Shown: in pieces, positions 1 to 11,452 of the stretch | How positions within the stretch are numbered: the stretch's first letter is position 1 | Layout of the letters: each line of letters begins with the position of its first letter | Origin: Selaginella moellendorffii | Taxonomy: Eukaryota > Plantae > Lycopodiophyta | Assembly: GCF_000143415.4 (NCBI RefSeq) | Contig: NW_003314263.1 | Span: forward strand, 409,114-473,113 | DNA: 64,000 nt | Direction of reading: 5' to 3' | Made by a program: the position numbers and the translations under genes | Notes under the pieces: model-generated | What the model was told of the DNA's origin: nothing | What the model saw: only the letters and a program-made list of their open reading frames with translations | Database searches by the model: none

Positions 1-2617
1 GGAACTTGCGGAAATGGTGTCTAACAAAGAATCGACAGACAACAATGAGACTCTGATCACAGTTCTGGCTGAGTATGTGGCAGCGGTCTCTCGTTCACAA
101 TCTGAACTCCAGCCTCAACCGGAAGACCCTCCACGCGGGAACCGTCGCCGCTATGGTATAGAGAGCAAAGTCTACAGGGATGTCGGGCTTGATTTTATCG
201 GACTGCACCTTTCTGCCTGTGGCCACGCTGCTCATTACGAATGTGTTGAGCGCTATTACGCTTCCCTACTACAAAGGTACGTTTTTCTCTCTCTCTCTCT
301 TTAGTTCTTCTACCTAAATTTTGGTGGTGCTACAGGTATTACAGTAGATCCTTGTTCGAAGGAGTACAGATTGTGGATCCAGACCTGGTGCGTTATTTAG
401 TAAGTTTTTGTAGCAACTATCTACATCTTAACTGTGATTTTGCAGGGAGAGTTCCTATGTCCGGTCTGTCGTCGGCTGTCAAACTCCATTCTTCCAGTTT
501 TAGATCCCTCTGCACGAACTCCCTTTGTTGCTGACGCTGTCGAGGGGTTTAGACTGGAGCAAGCGTGTTCGTTAATGGTTAGCGCGCAAGAGCTGGTTGC
601 CAGGCCCGGGTTTCGGAACTCAGTCTCGAGGAAACTCGCAGATCCGCTGAGGATGGTACTGGAGTCCGTGTCAAAGCGGCTTTCTGCACTATACTGCCTG
701 GAGAAGGAGAAACTTTACACTTCCGAAGGAAGAAACTGCCAAGGCTTGTTTCTCTGGGACTTGCTCCGGTACAGCATTATGTCCGCGGAGTTGGCAGCAC
801 GTACAAGGAGTCTCATCCTCGGTAATCATGATGCAGCCAGCAGATTAGTTGCTTTGGAGGAAGCGTCAGAGGCGTCACGCGGGTCTACTCTACCTTTGCT
901 CTCTCTGGCAGCCAACTTAACTCTGACACACAGCCGGCAAATTGTTCTACTCAGGTCACGGGGTATGCAGCTGATGGTGGGATCAGTTTGTCATGGCACG
1001 TCTCTGGATTTCTTGTCCGAACCGATGTCTAAAGGTAAGATCACAGGCTTTTGGTTCGCATGTATTGACAGCTTACGTGCATGCAGGTCATTTGAGCTCT
1101 TTGTTACACTTTTTGGAAAAGGGCCGTGATTCGGCCGATATACAGTTTTGGAAGCGTGTGGCTGATCCTGTGCTTGCACACGATCCCTTCTCTTCCTTGA
1201 TGTGGCTGCTTTACGTACTTCCATTGCCAATACCGGCACGGGAAGGACCGCTCACCGCACTCGTTCATTTGTTTTATTTAGTCTGCTTGGTTCAAGTAAG
1301 TGCAAGTATTTTTCTAGTTTTACGACACTAACACAGGCATCTCTTTCAGTGCTTGGCATCAATGGGAAGATATGTGGTGGATGATAGCGTTCCTGCGCAT
1401 TTGCAAAACTTTCTAGCAGTCATCCATGCAACACTGGCAGACACCTGCATCGCACTTCAATCTCCGGAAGGACCTGTGACTGCGCCACTACAGTTCGAAC
1501 AGATTCGGCTCTTTACGTTGCCTTACCTCAGACGCTGCGCGTTGCTACAGACTGTGATTTCTGGTACTTCTCAGCCAGTGCCCGTTGCAGGGTCGAACAG
1601 CTGGGAGCTTTCAAATGTTTACAACCACCTCTCAAGCTCTGCTTATCGAGAGGCTGCCGAGAGCTGTAGAGACACAGAAGCTGTGGAGATGAAGGAGGTT
1701 GAGGAGCTGGAGAGACGATTTTCCATCCCTCCGATGCAAGCCATATTGTCAGAAGAGGCGGTGCAGAATCTCGTCGTCAAGTGGTGCCAACACCTTCAGA
1801 GTGAAACAGGCTCACGCAGCTTCTCCATCGTTCCAAGACCAGTGCGAGCGGTAGCTCTCCAGCTGATGGTTCTCCCCCGACTTTTCCAAGACCTGATTCA
1901 AAGGTGTTTTTTTTCATTCATTCTTCCGTGACCATCAACCTTACGTTCTCAATTTTCTGTGTAGATATGTGAAGGAATGCTGCCCCCGCTGCAAAACAGT
2001 ACCCGAAAGGCCGGTGCTGTGCTTGCTGTGTGGAAGACTATGTTGCGGGTCTGGCACAAACGGTTGTTGCAGGTTTGTCTAGCTCTGATTCTTTCTCTCG
2101 CGTTCGTCTGATTGGAATTGCTTTCTTATTTGCAGCGTACAAATGCAAAGCGAATGCTATCGTCACGCTATTTCTTGCGGGGGTGGCGTCGGCGTCTATC
2201 TCATGCTTCGAGTAAATATAGTTCTCCTCTTCGAGCGTGGCTTTGTCTAAGCTCTTGTTCTTTCCAGAAAACAAACGTTCTACTTCTCCGCCGCGAGCGG
2301 CAGACAATGTGGCCGTCACCATATCTAGATGCTTATGGCGAGGAGGTAAGCGTTTCCTCCACAGCTGCAAAACTTTTTCTCGACAGCACCTGCGCCTACT
2401 TATATTTCCATTTCTAAAATTCAGGATCAAGACATGCGGAGGGGGAAGCCACTGTTTCTAAGTGACGAGCGTTACGCGGCCTTGACTGCGATGGTAAGCC
2501 TTTTTTGGTTTTCTGTCGCTGGGCAAACTTGATTGATTTCCATCCCAGGTTGCGTCGCACAGCCTCGACTACAGTTCATCGGTGCTGGCTCAAACAATCC
2601 GCGAGCCACTGTTTTGA
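1..2617 (+). CDS. PRT6: 3' part of PRT6/UBR1-type N-degron pathway E3 ubiquitin ligase (multi-exon, begins before the window)
   Basis: Split RING (LSACGHAAHYECVERY...EFLCPVCRRLSNSILP), LAHDPFSSLMW, and the UBR C-terminal domain (CPRC..LCLLCG..WPSPYLDAYGEE..RRGKPLFLSDERYAAL). About 9 short GT-AG introns (e.g. ~388-445, ~2494-2548). Stop TGA at 2615-2617. Confidence 0.92.
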
Positions 2618-3559
2618 TCGCTGGGGAGTGTGCCTAGGAGGAGCAAAATAAACTCCAAAGAGCAAGCACTTTGAGTGCCTGTTTTATTTGGCTTAAGCCC
2701 AATGTATTTATTTGTAAAATCTTAAACCCTCTCTTTTTTCCTCGAGTGTTAAGGACATTCAATCTGAGCCGTTGACATGCCACCTCAGCGACATCTCGCC
2801 ATGTCAGCATAGCTTTTGTATCCTAGAGTTTTATATCGTTCGTATGCTCGCAGGCTGCGAGGATTAGAGATGGAGACATGGTCGCAGCTGCTGGTTATGA
2901 AATAAGAGATGGTAAGTCTGTGTGACCAATTCTAAGTTTGTCCACTTTTTCCTGCTCGTAACAGGCTCTCGGACAGAGGATGACAGCATTCCGGTTTCGC
3001 GATTGTGGAGCGAAGCTTGAAAAATGCCGGATGCTGGATTCATGGCTTTCCATTCCAGTGTCTGGATCATCCGCCTTCCAGCCGTTTTCGTGTCAAAGTC
3101 TGCGGGCTGGGAGGATGTAGCAGTGGCTTCCAATCTGTTTGGAATACTCGAGCAGTGTCTCGCCATTGAAAACACGGCCCGGTCAGTCATGGCCGTGTCG
3201 TTCATCTCATCACCGCAGTTCTCACCACTTTCCTGTTTATCCGGAGATACAGACGTCCCATTTGCGCAGCGACTCCATCACCGCCGATTCCCGGGGCTCG
3301 TTCTTCTTGCTGCCGCTACGCCGCTTCTTCTTGCGCGCCCCCGCCCGGAGCCGCTGTTTCTCCTCCTCGTCCACGTAGAATCGGAGCCACCGCATCGTGC
3401 CGCGTTCTCTGCAGGGTAGCTCCTCTCTCTCGCAATTGGAACCTGGAGTTTTTGGTCAAGCTATTGCAGACTGGTTGTCACACAATAGCTTGACCACACC
3501 TGTGTTGATTTGTAGATCCTGGAGGAAGTCCCTTCAGCCACGCTGCTTCCTTGGTTGCA

Positions 3560-6500
3560 GCTGCTGCAATGTACTCAGCCTCGGTACTTGAAATCACTGT
3601 AATAGCCTGTCGTTTGCTGCACTAGCTTGCGACATTTCCATTTAGCAGGAAAACGTAGCCTGTGGTTGACTTCGTGTTGTCTGGATCAGCATCAGAGTAA
3701 CCAACCAGCTTGTTGCCTCTGGAGTACTTCAAAGTTGTACCTCATAATACGTTTCAAAGCCTGCAAGTGTGCTGCGGAGGGACGGTCCAAGTACTTCGCC
3801 ACTGTGCCCACAGCATACGCAAGGTCAGGCCGAGTGGAGATTACCAGGTAGATCAGGCTGCTGGAGCGACTAGATTGCTAGGGAGATTGATCAAGGTATC
3901 AGCAGATAGTAACAGGATTAACATGAGCAAGGCCATACCTCTGGAGCACGTCGGAAACATAGTTTGCCTGGCTTAGCTCCAGAGTGCCTCGCTCCCTGTT
4001 TTGCGTCACCTGGATATGCAACTTTCATGGCAAATTTAGCTCCAAGGTACGTTTTAAATTTGTGGATCAAACGTAGTTGAAGAATAGCATCGTCCACATA
4101 TAGCGCACAAAATAAGCAGCGCTGCGAAGGGAAATTAGGAAAGAATCTATTTTCGTGTACCATTGAGTCCGTAGAGAGCTTTGTTAAGCTTGCAAAGGGA
4201 TAAAACAAGCCACATACACCTCTTCATCGATGTTGCCTGAGGAACGCAGTACAAACGTGAAGTTGATGGAGCTCGAGATCCAATTCTGCAGCTAAGATTA
4301 GTAGCATATGAATGGTTGTGAGCTTCACCACGAGGCTGTAAGTTTCCCGAGTAGTCCAGCCCATGAACTTGAGAAAATCTGCGTGCCACAAATCTAGCCT
4401 TGTAGCACTCCATCAGCGTTGTACTTTTTCTTAAACGATGAGACGAGCTTTTTGCGAGCTGGAAGTTCAACCAGAGACCAAGTGTTGTTTTTCTGGAGAG
4501 AATCATACTCCTCCTGCATGGCTTCCTGCCCGTGCTCAGCTTCTGGTCCGTGCAGAGCCGAGAGAGGCAGGTGGAGCCGTCATAGCCCAGAAGCAGGCAC
4601 GCTTGCCTGTAGCCATCGCCTCCTTGGCCTTGAGAGATGGTTTCACGACACGACCCGAGCGTGTCACCACTGCTGTGCCGGCTGGAGGAGAGGAATGCTG
4701 CATCTTGAGATAACTCTGTCGCCAACGAACAGGTCAGCCACAAGATCTGGCTGTTCAAGGTCGCTGGTGCTTGAGGATGCAGCCGCTGTGGCCTGTGGAG
4801 TCGTCAGAAGAGGAAGGAACAGAAGTACCGTGATCAGCTCTTCCTGCCAGATCGCCTCCTTCAGTAACTCCTCCTGGCTCTGCATCGGCTGGATTGTCTG
4901 GTGCTGGGAGGAGAACTGGAACGCCATCCAAACTCTCAGAAAGATCCACCAGAGGTGGTGGAGAAACGGGAGGGAGCCTCAGGGTATCTCGATAAAGATG
5001 AGCTTCATCAAACACCACATCTCGGCCTCACCAACAGAGTCGATAGGCTTTTACCTGGGTGTGATAGCCCACGAAGACGCATTTCTCACTCTTGGGATCC
5101 AGCTTCCGGCGCTGCGTAGGCAACGCAGCCAAATACAGATGCCCTAATTTGGACATGGTGAGTCTCAACCGACATCTCGACACTCCCACTCTGGCTCGAT
5201 CATCATCAGCTGAGAGGATGGACTACCCCTCCCACTCAGCCGAAACAGATGGAGAGCAAACTCCCAGTGCAGCGCAATGGCGTTCACGAGCCAAAGCGGT
5301 TACTCTCCCTCTGTCGAGGACAGAGCCACGTGCAGCGATGATCGAGGCTGGTGATCAGTGTGGTTTAAAGAGTGTGTATAATATCTGATAAAAAATGTCG
5401 TTGATTTTCTTGGTTCTGCATCAAACCTGTAAACTCCATGACAATTTATACGTGATAAATCCTTGAAGAGCAAGAGCTTTACGCTTCTCATGTTGGACAG
5501 GGGCAGTCACTTAGAATTCGTCCACCCTCTACTGACTGAATGGAGCTTTTGCACTGCCTGATTTCGTTTCCCGTTGCACGGAGCCTAATTCTTCGCTTTG
5601 GCTTGAGCCGGGCATCGTTGAGTAGATTACCCGTTGCATGCGTTCCACATTTCTCCCGAAGGCTGGCGGACCCTGATCAACTTGGGCCTGCTGATGCTCA
5701 AAGCTTGTGCTCGAATCCTTGGCACTGGCTGGTTGCACCCGTTCTTAGTGGGACCAAGCATGGAAATAAAAGATTGTGCCACTGTTGATGCTAAACCCCG
5801 ACGTATCAGCGTTTCTGACAATCACAAATAAGGTGATTGTCGTTGCATTCTCCTTAGGTAATGATTTGCAAAGCGTTTCTGACAATCACAAGTTGGGTGA
5901 TTGTCATTGCATTCTTGGCACAGGGACATCAGAGCCCTCGTGAGAAAGAAATTCGATTACACTCACACTTATAGTTGGTGCTTTGGCGAATAAAAACATG
6001 CATGGCTTGGGTGCAGATCACTCAGGCCTATTTTCGTGAGAAGGGGAGCTGAAAGCCCAGATTCGAAGGTGAAGTGCGTTACCACTATATTCGTGAGCAG
6101 ATCACAGCAGGAACTTTGGCTCTACAATATGTGGCCACAACTGAGCAGATTGCTGATATCTTCACCAAGCCGCTGCCGCCGACTTCTTTCTTCAAGCATG
6201 GAGTTCATGTTCCAGGGTGATGGGGGGGCGCTGTTCATGCTGGCAATCAAGACCCAACCGGTGAACCTCGAGGGCGAGTGTTAACATGCTAATTAGCGAC
6301 AGGCTCTGGAAGTGTATTTACCACCTCCATCAGATCTCAGCACCTTGATAGTGTCATCACGCTGCTTCTCAACCCCAAGCTTGTACACTGGAAGACTGGA
6401 AGTACCTCTTTTTGTGGCGTGTCTGGCCCTGAAACGGTCCACAAATATCAGAGCGCCCAAGTGCCAAAGGTTGAGCGCATGCAAGCTAGATTTTAAAAAA

Positions 6501-7760
6501 GAATACTACTGTCCAAAAATCTTGCCTCCTGGATCATCCCATGGCTGCCTCTCAAGATCTCCCTCTTAAGAAACACCTGTCCATACAAAGCAAAGATACC
6601 TCTGATCTCTCATTGTCCTAGGCTGAAGCTCCCTCAAGCTCCACAACTGTCGTTCATCTATAGAGTATATAGGACTGTAACTTCTCTCTTGATTCCTGCT
6701 TTCTCGCAGAACAGCACAAAGGCTCTGGAAGAATGTCGCTGCTGCTTCCGCATAAGACATGGCTCACACGGTGGCATCTTGGTGGATTTTATGTGCAAAC
6801 CATCCACCACTTGAGCTCGTGACATCTCTCGCAAATGGTTTGTTGATTGATCTCCAGTGCCAAGTCAAGAGATCTGCTGCTCCCCCTGAAGAGGCAGGTG
6901 TCTCAGCTACATGGACTGTCGCCTTTCGTTGTTGTTTTACAGGGCAGTCTCGACTTAAGTGTCCCTTCTTGTGACAAGTGCCACAACGCAAGTTGAATTC
7001 GCGCCACTCACCACGCTCAGCTTTCTCGCCTGTGCACCACCATTCTCTCAAGGTCACGATCGCTTCTTGGAACCCAGGCAATCAAAGACTGAACGGCATG
7101 ACCTTGATCCTTGAGTCACCATCACAACGCTGGTAACCTGGCCATCACGACCAACCAGCAATTTCTCGTACTGGACCAGCTCTGCCATTGAGTGTGGGTG
7201 GATCTTACAGTGATGTCGGCGTGGCCTGAGAGAGAGATTTAAAGGGAAAAAAATCTGCCCGAAATGGACAAAACTGGGCCGTTGGATGAGATCTCGCGAG
7301 CTGCTGCAGAGGACATGTCCTTGAACAAGAAGGCGAATCTCTAGGGCTTTCGGGTGATGAATTTCTAAATTGATTCTTTGCACGAGGCCCTAAAATTCAC
7401 CTGACGTTGACGTGCATCACCGGCGGTTCACATGATCGCCGCTGATTTCGTGACGTGAACGTGAACATTGTGGTCTTGCCAGGTCTACGGTCTTTGTCAT
7501 GGTCAGGCTTTCAGAAACTATGGGCCACAATCCCCACTGCATCAGCCAGAACTGAGCACGTTCTTGCCAGGCCAGGAAATTGTAACACCTCCATCTCTCG
7601 GGAGGGAGCTTCCATTTCAACTCTAACCACAAAGATTGTTACCCTCAATCTGAAATCTTATAGCATGTGGGCAAAAGCCTGGCCTGCAGCACTCTCCTAA
7701 TTATCTCCTCACCAAAAAGACTTCGCATGTGGATCTGCAAACACTCTTACCTACAGCGTG
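3560..7760 (-). mobile_element. Degenerate Ty1/Copia LTR retrotransposon (gag-INT-RT remnants)
   Basis: Minus-strand fragments in Copia order: gag N-terminus (YNFLAWQERAQFWLMQWGLW, ~7500-7630), zinc knuckle CGTCHKKGHLSRDC (~6940-6990), integrase IKVLRSDGGGKY (~6320) and DPKSEKCVFVGY..KAYRL (~5040-5100), RT KARFVAR..QVHGLDY, LYGL, LYVDD, STRPDLAYAVG (~3790-4410). Many frameshifts. Confidence 0.85.
6070..6285 (+). mobile_element. Copia RNase H C-terminal fragment in opposite orientation to the surrounding element
   Basis: Reads VRYHYIREQITAGTLALQYVATTEQIADIFTKPLP (the canonical ADIFTKPL end of Copia pol), followed by a purine-rich tract and TGTT. Confidence 0.75.
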
Positions 7761-8502
7761 TTTCTAAAAAAGTGATGACAGTCATGAGAGCACCGAGTGT
7801 TTGGTCAACAAAACGAGTGTTTAGTACGCCACCGCTGCAGGAAATAGCGTGACGGTGTCACTCGGAGGCAAAAGATTCAAAGGAAGAAAAAGGCAGTGAG
7901 AACTAGACAAAACAATTGTTGTGCCAGTCGCAAGCAACTGGCCTTCCGGGTATTGTTTGCAGCACTCCTTGACATATTTACAAGAAGAAATGGAAAAGTC
8001 ACATGGTCAAGGATGTTGACTAACAAAGCACCGCATACTGGATCATAAGATACTTGATCATAAGATACTTGATCAAAACCAGGGAAGGCGAGCAAGTAGG
8101 CCAACGAGTCCAGTCCCCGAAAGGGGACGCTCTCATTCCCTAGGGCGCCAACAATCTCTACACAACAGGAGTTTGCAATCCCCCGGATCCCAAGGCAAGA
8201 AGGCGCTCTTGGTCCTACAGGAATAGAAGATTAAAAGTCTTCGCCTGAGAGAAGAAGGCACATGCCTTAACCATTTGGCCAAAGGGACATTGCAATTCTT
8301 TATTTTGAGTTTTGCTTTCATACAAGCTTGTAAGTCCCAGCTTTGTGGTGGCACCACAGGCAAAAAGAAACCTCCGGCTTGTCATTAATTCAGAAATAGA
8401 TAAGCAAATATGGTTCACCAGCGAAAACATGAAAAATTTTATGCTCACTTCAAGAATCATATGCTGCTCTTTTTATTCTTCTTAGGACAGGAAATCTCGG
8501 TT

Positions 8503-9051
8503 CTACACCTGGGAGTTGAACAAGCAGTCCCACAGTTTGATCACATGCAACTGCCAAAAGATCTTGGCGCCGTAAGGCTCGAGAGAATGCGTTCTCAGTG
8601 TTGCAAATCCTTGAACAAATCTAAATTCTCCACTTCCTCCCACGATTGAAATCTCCCTCTGCGGATCCGGAGCGCGGTTCTGGCCCAGTAGATTGATGTT
8701 TCCATCTCGCCCCTCGAGCTCCAGGGTGATGCTTGCCAGGAGGCTGATGTTGCTGATAGAATCGAATGCTAATATTCCTTTGGCTCTTCCCACGAGCTTG
8801 GAGTCGATCGAGGGGCCTTCTGTCAGCTTGTCATCGATGATGGCCACCATTCCAAACATGGTGGCGTTGTTCGTGCCTGGAAGAACAATTGCCGTGGTGA
8901 CATTCACCCCGGGCGTTGGGAAGAAGAGATCTTGGAGGTAGAAGCTAATAACTTCAGTGCACTTTGTAAAGTGACTGCTAGAATCCGTTGCCGCGCAAGA
9001 ACTTGCTGCAAAGAAAAATACCACTACAAGGATCTGGATGAGTTTAGCCAT
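8503..9051 (-). CDS. Dirigent protein, copy 1 (182 aa, intronless, signal peptide)
   Basis: Hydrophobic N-terminus and DIR motifs FYLQD, FGMVAIIDDKLTEGP..SKLVGRAKG, REISIVGGSGEFRFVQGFA. N-glycosylation sequons NVT/NAT/NIS. Confidence 0.92.
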   Translation of the reverse strand: MAKLIQILVVVFFFAASSCAATDSSSHFTKCTEVISFYLQDLFFPTPGVNVTTAIVLPGTNNATMFGMVAIIDDKLTEGPSIDSKLVGRAKGILAFDSISNISLLASITLELEGRDGNINLLGQNRAPDPQREISIVGGSGEFRFVQGFATLRTHSLEPYGAKIFWQLHVIKLWDCLFNSQV

Positions 9052-9899
9052 ACTCGTGCTTGTAGGTCTTCCCGGATAATTGAGGAGGTAAATATTATTT
9101 CTTTTATAGAAGAAGAGATGTGGTAGCTTCCAGGTTGATCTTCCAGAAGCAAAGAAACATTCTAGTCCAGAAAAAAAAGTATATCACGGTTTGATTTGAC
9201 TTTGCCTTTAGCTTTATTTGGCTTGTTTTACCAAACTGGAGCACGTAACGCTCCGTCTTGATCTTACCAGTCCTCGCGGCCAAGAAGTACAACGTTTCTG
9301 AACAAAACAAGTGTTTCATCAACCACGCTCTCAACTGTGAGAACGCCGACACGGCTTTGCAATGTACTCTGAAAAAGACTCAGAGGACACCATAGAAATA
9401 GACAAACAAAGTCTTCCACATGGCAACCATAGCACCGGCCTATCGGGTATTGTATTACAGATCGGGCTGTGCCTATCTACATTGAAAAGGAAACGTAAGA
9501 TGGTCTCGGTTGGGGTGAGCTCGCAAAAGCTCATGATCCCGGGGATTGCAAACTCCGCGTAGAGATTGTTGGCGCCCTAGGGAATGAGAGCGTCCCCTTT
9601 TGGGGACTGGGCGTGTTGGCCTACTTGCTCACCTTTCCTGGTTTTGATCAAAATCTAAAAGAATAACATCCAGTATGCGGTGCTTTGTTGGCTTATGTGC
9701 TGGATGTCATGTAGTCTTTCTTGCGTTTCGCCCCTCTCACTTGGTTAATGTAAGCAGCAAGACTTTGCCGTTTGGTTTGTTCGGATGCTTCTGGGGCGAA
9801 TTTCACACTTCGGAATTTTTCGAAACAAGAGCCTTGCCTGATGTCAGATGAAGTTTCTCCTATAAGAGCAGTCGTCTTAATCGAACAAACACCACACGA
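9052..9899. promoter_or_regulatory. Putative bidirectional promoter between DIR1 and P450 copy 1
   Basis: 848 bp between divergent ATGs. TATAAAA on the minus strand at ~9102-9108 and TATAAG on the plus strand at 9861-9866. Confidence 0.55.
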
Positions 9900-11452
9900 A
9901 TGGATCTAGCACTTGCTGTCAGCTTTGCAATTTCCATCGCTCTCTGGGGCTTGTGGCTCTTGAAAGCTCGTTCAAATCTTCCACCAAGTCCATGGGGATT
10001 GCCCCTGATTGGCCACTTACACTTGCTAGCGGGAATGCCCCCGCACAAAGCATTGCAACGCATGGCCAACAAGTATGGTCCTATTATTTCCTTGAGGTTG
10101 GGAATGATCCCAACTGTGGTGATCTCCAGCCCGGAGCTTGCCAAGGAGGTGTTCACCACACATGATCTAAATTTTGCTTCCAGGCCGTACATGGTTTTCG
10201 GCGAGTATTTCAGTTATAGCTCTGTTGGACTTGTAAGTAGTCCCCATGGAAAGCTATGGCGAAACACCCGCAAGCTGTGTACAACGGAGCTCTTCACGGC
10301 CCAGCGTATCGACTCTTTCTCTTGGGTCAGAAGGGAGGAGCTCTCGCGTGCCTTGGAGGGGATTTTGAAGGCTCATGGCAATGACAAGCCTGTGGAGGTG
10401 AGAAAAGTGGCCAGTGTTTTTGCCTTCAACATCACATCACGAATTGTGATGAGCAAGAGGTACTTTGGTGACGAAAACGTGGATGCCGATGCCATGGAAT
10501 TCAAGGAGCTCAATGACAATGTTCTTGAGCTGACCATCAATCCCTGTCTTAGCAACTTGGTGCCCTGGTACCTGAGATGGCTGGACTGGCAGATCCCTCG
10601 GTACAAGCGAATCCATGCCAAGCAAGACAAGTTCTTGCAAAAGATCGTTGACGAGCACAAGGAGACAACACGAAAATGCAAGGACTTCCTTGATATCATG
10701 CTTGACTTCTTTGGAGCAGGGACACAAGGGGAGACTTATGTGAAGGCAAACCTCATGGTAACCCGGGCAAAACTTTTCCATATTGCTGCTAACAGGTATT
10801 TCTATGACAAATGCAGGAGATGTTAATTGGTGGAACTGATACCACCAGCACTGCAAGTGAGTGGCTCATGGCTGTATTGATGCACGATCCTCGAGTCATG
10901 GCCAAGCTCCGCGAGGAGCTCGACAGGGTTGTGCGCAACACTCGGATGGTGCAAGAGTCGGACCTCCCAAAGCTCGAATATCTCCAGCTCGTGCTCAAGG
11001 AGACATTGAGACGCTATCCTCCGGGTGCCATAATTATGCCGCACATCTCAAGCCAAGCATCCAACGTTGGCGGCTTTCACGTTCCAAAAGGGACCACTCT
11101 CCTGGTGAATTCATGGGCGATTGGAATGGATCCGGCAGTATGGGAGAATCCCACACAATTCCACCCGGAGCGCTTCTTGGGGAGCTCCATCGACGTCAAA
11201 GGCCAAAACTTTGAGCTCCTCCCGTTTGGATCCGGCCGTAGAAAGTGTCCAGGAATGGCCATGGGATTGCGAGCAGTGGAGCTTCTCGTGGCGAATCTTA
11301 TCCATGGCTTCGATTGGAGCTTTGTGCCCGGGACAACGCCGTCCATGGAAGATGTTTTTCGCAGTGCTATTCAGCTCAAGACCCCATTGCAAGCCATGGC
11401 AAGTCCAAGGTTCCCAAAGGATGTCTACATCAATCAGACATCACATCTTTAG
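9900..11452 (+). CDS. Cytochrome P450, A-type/CYP71 clan; exons 9900-10757 and 10817-11452 (497 aa)
   Basis: Membrane anchor, PPSPWGLPLIGHLHLL hinge, I-helix GGTDT, KETLR (ExxR), PERF and heme motif FGSGRRKCPG. Single 59-bp phase-0 intron just before the I-helix, as expected for A-type P450s. Confidence 0.95.

Noticed and set aside
2864-3420. Minus-strand Lys/Arg-rich coding-like stretch
   Set aside because: Interrupted by stops and no family recognised; cannot be supported as a gene.
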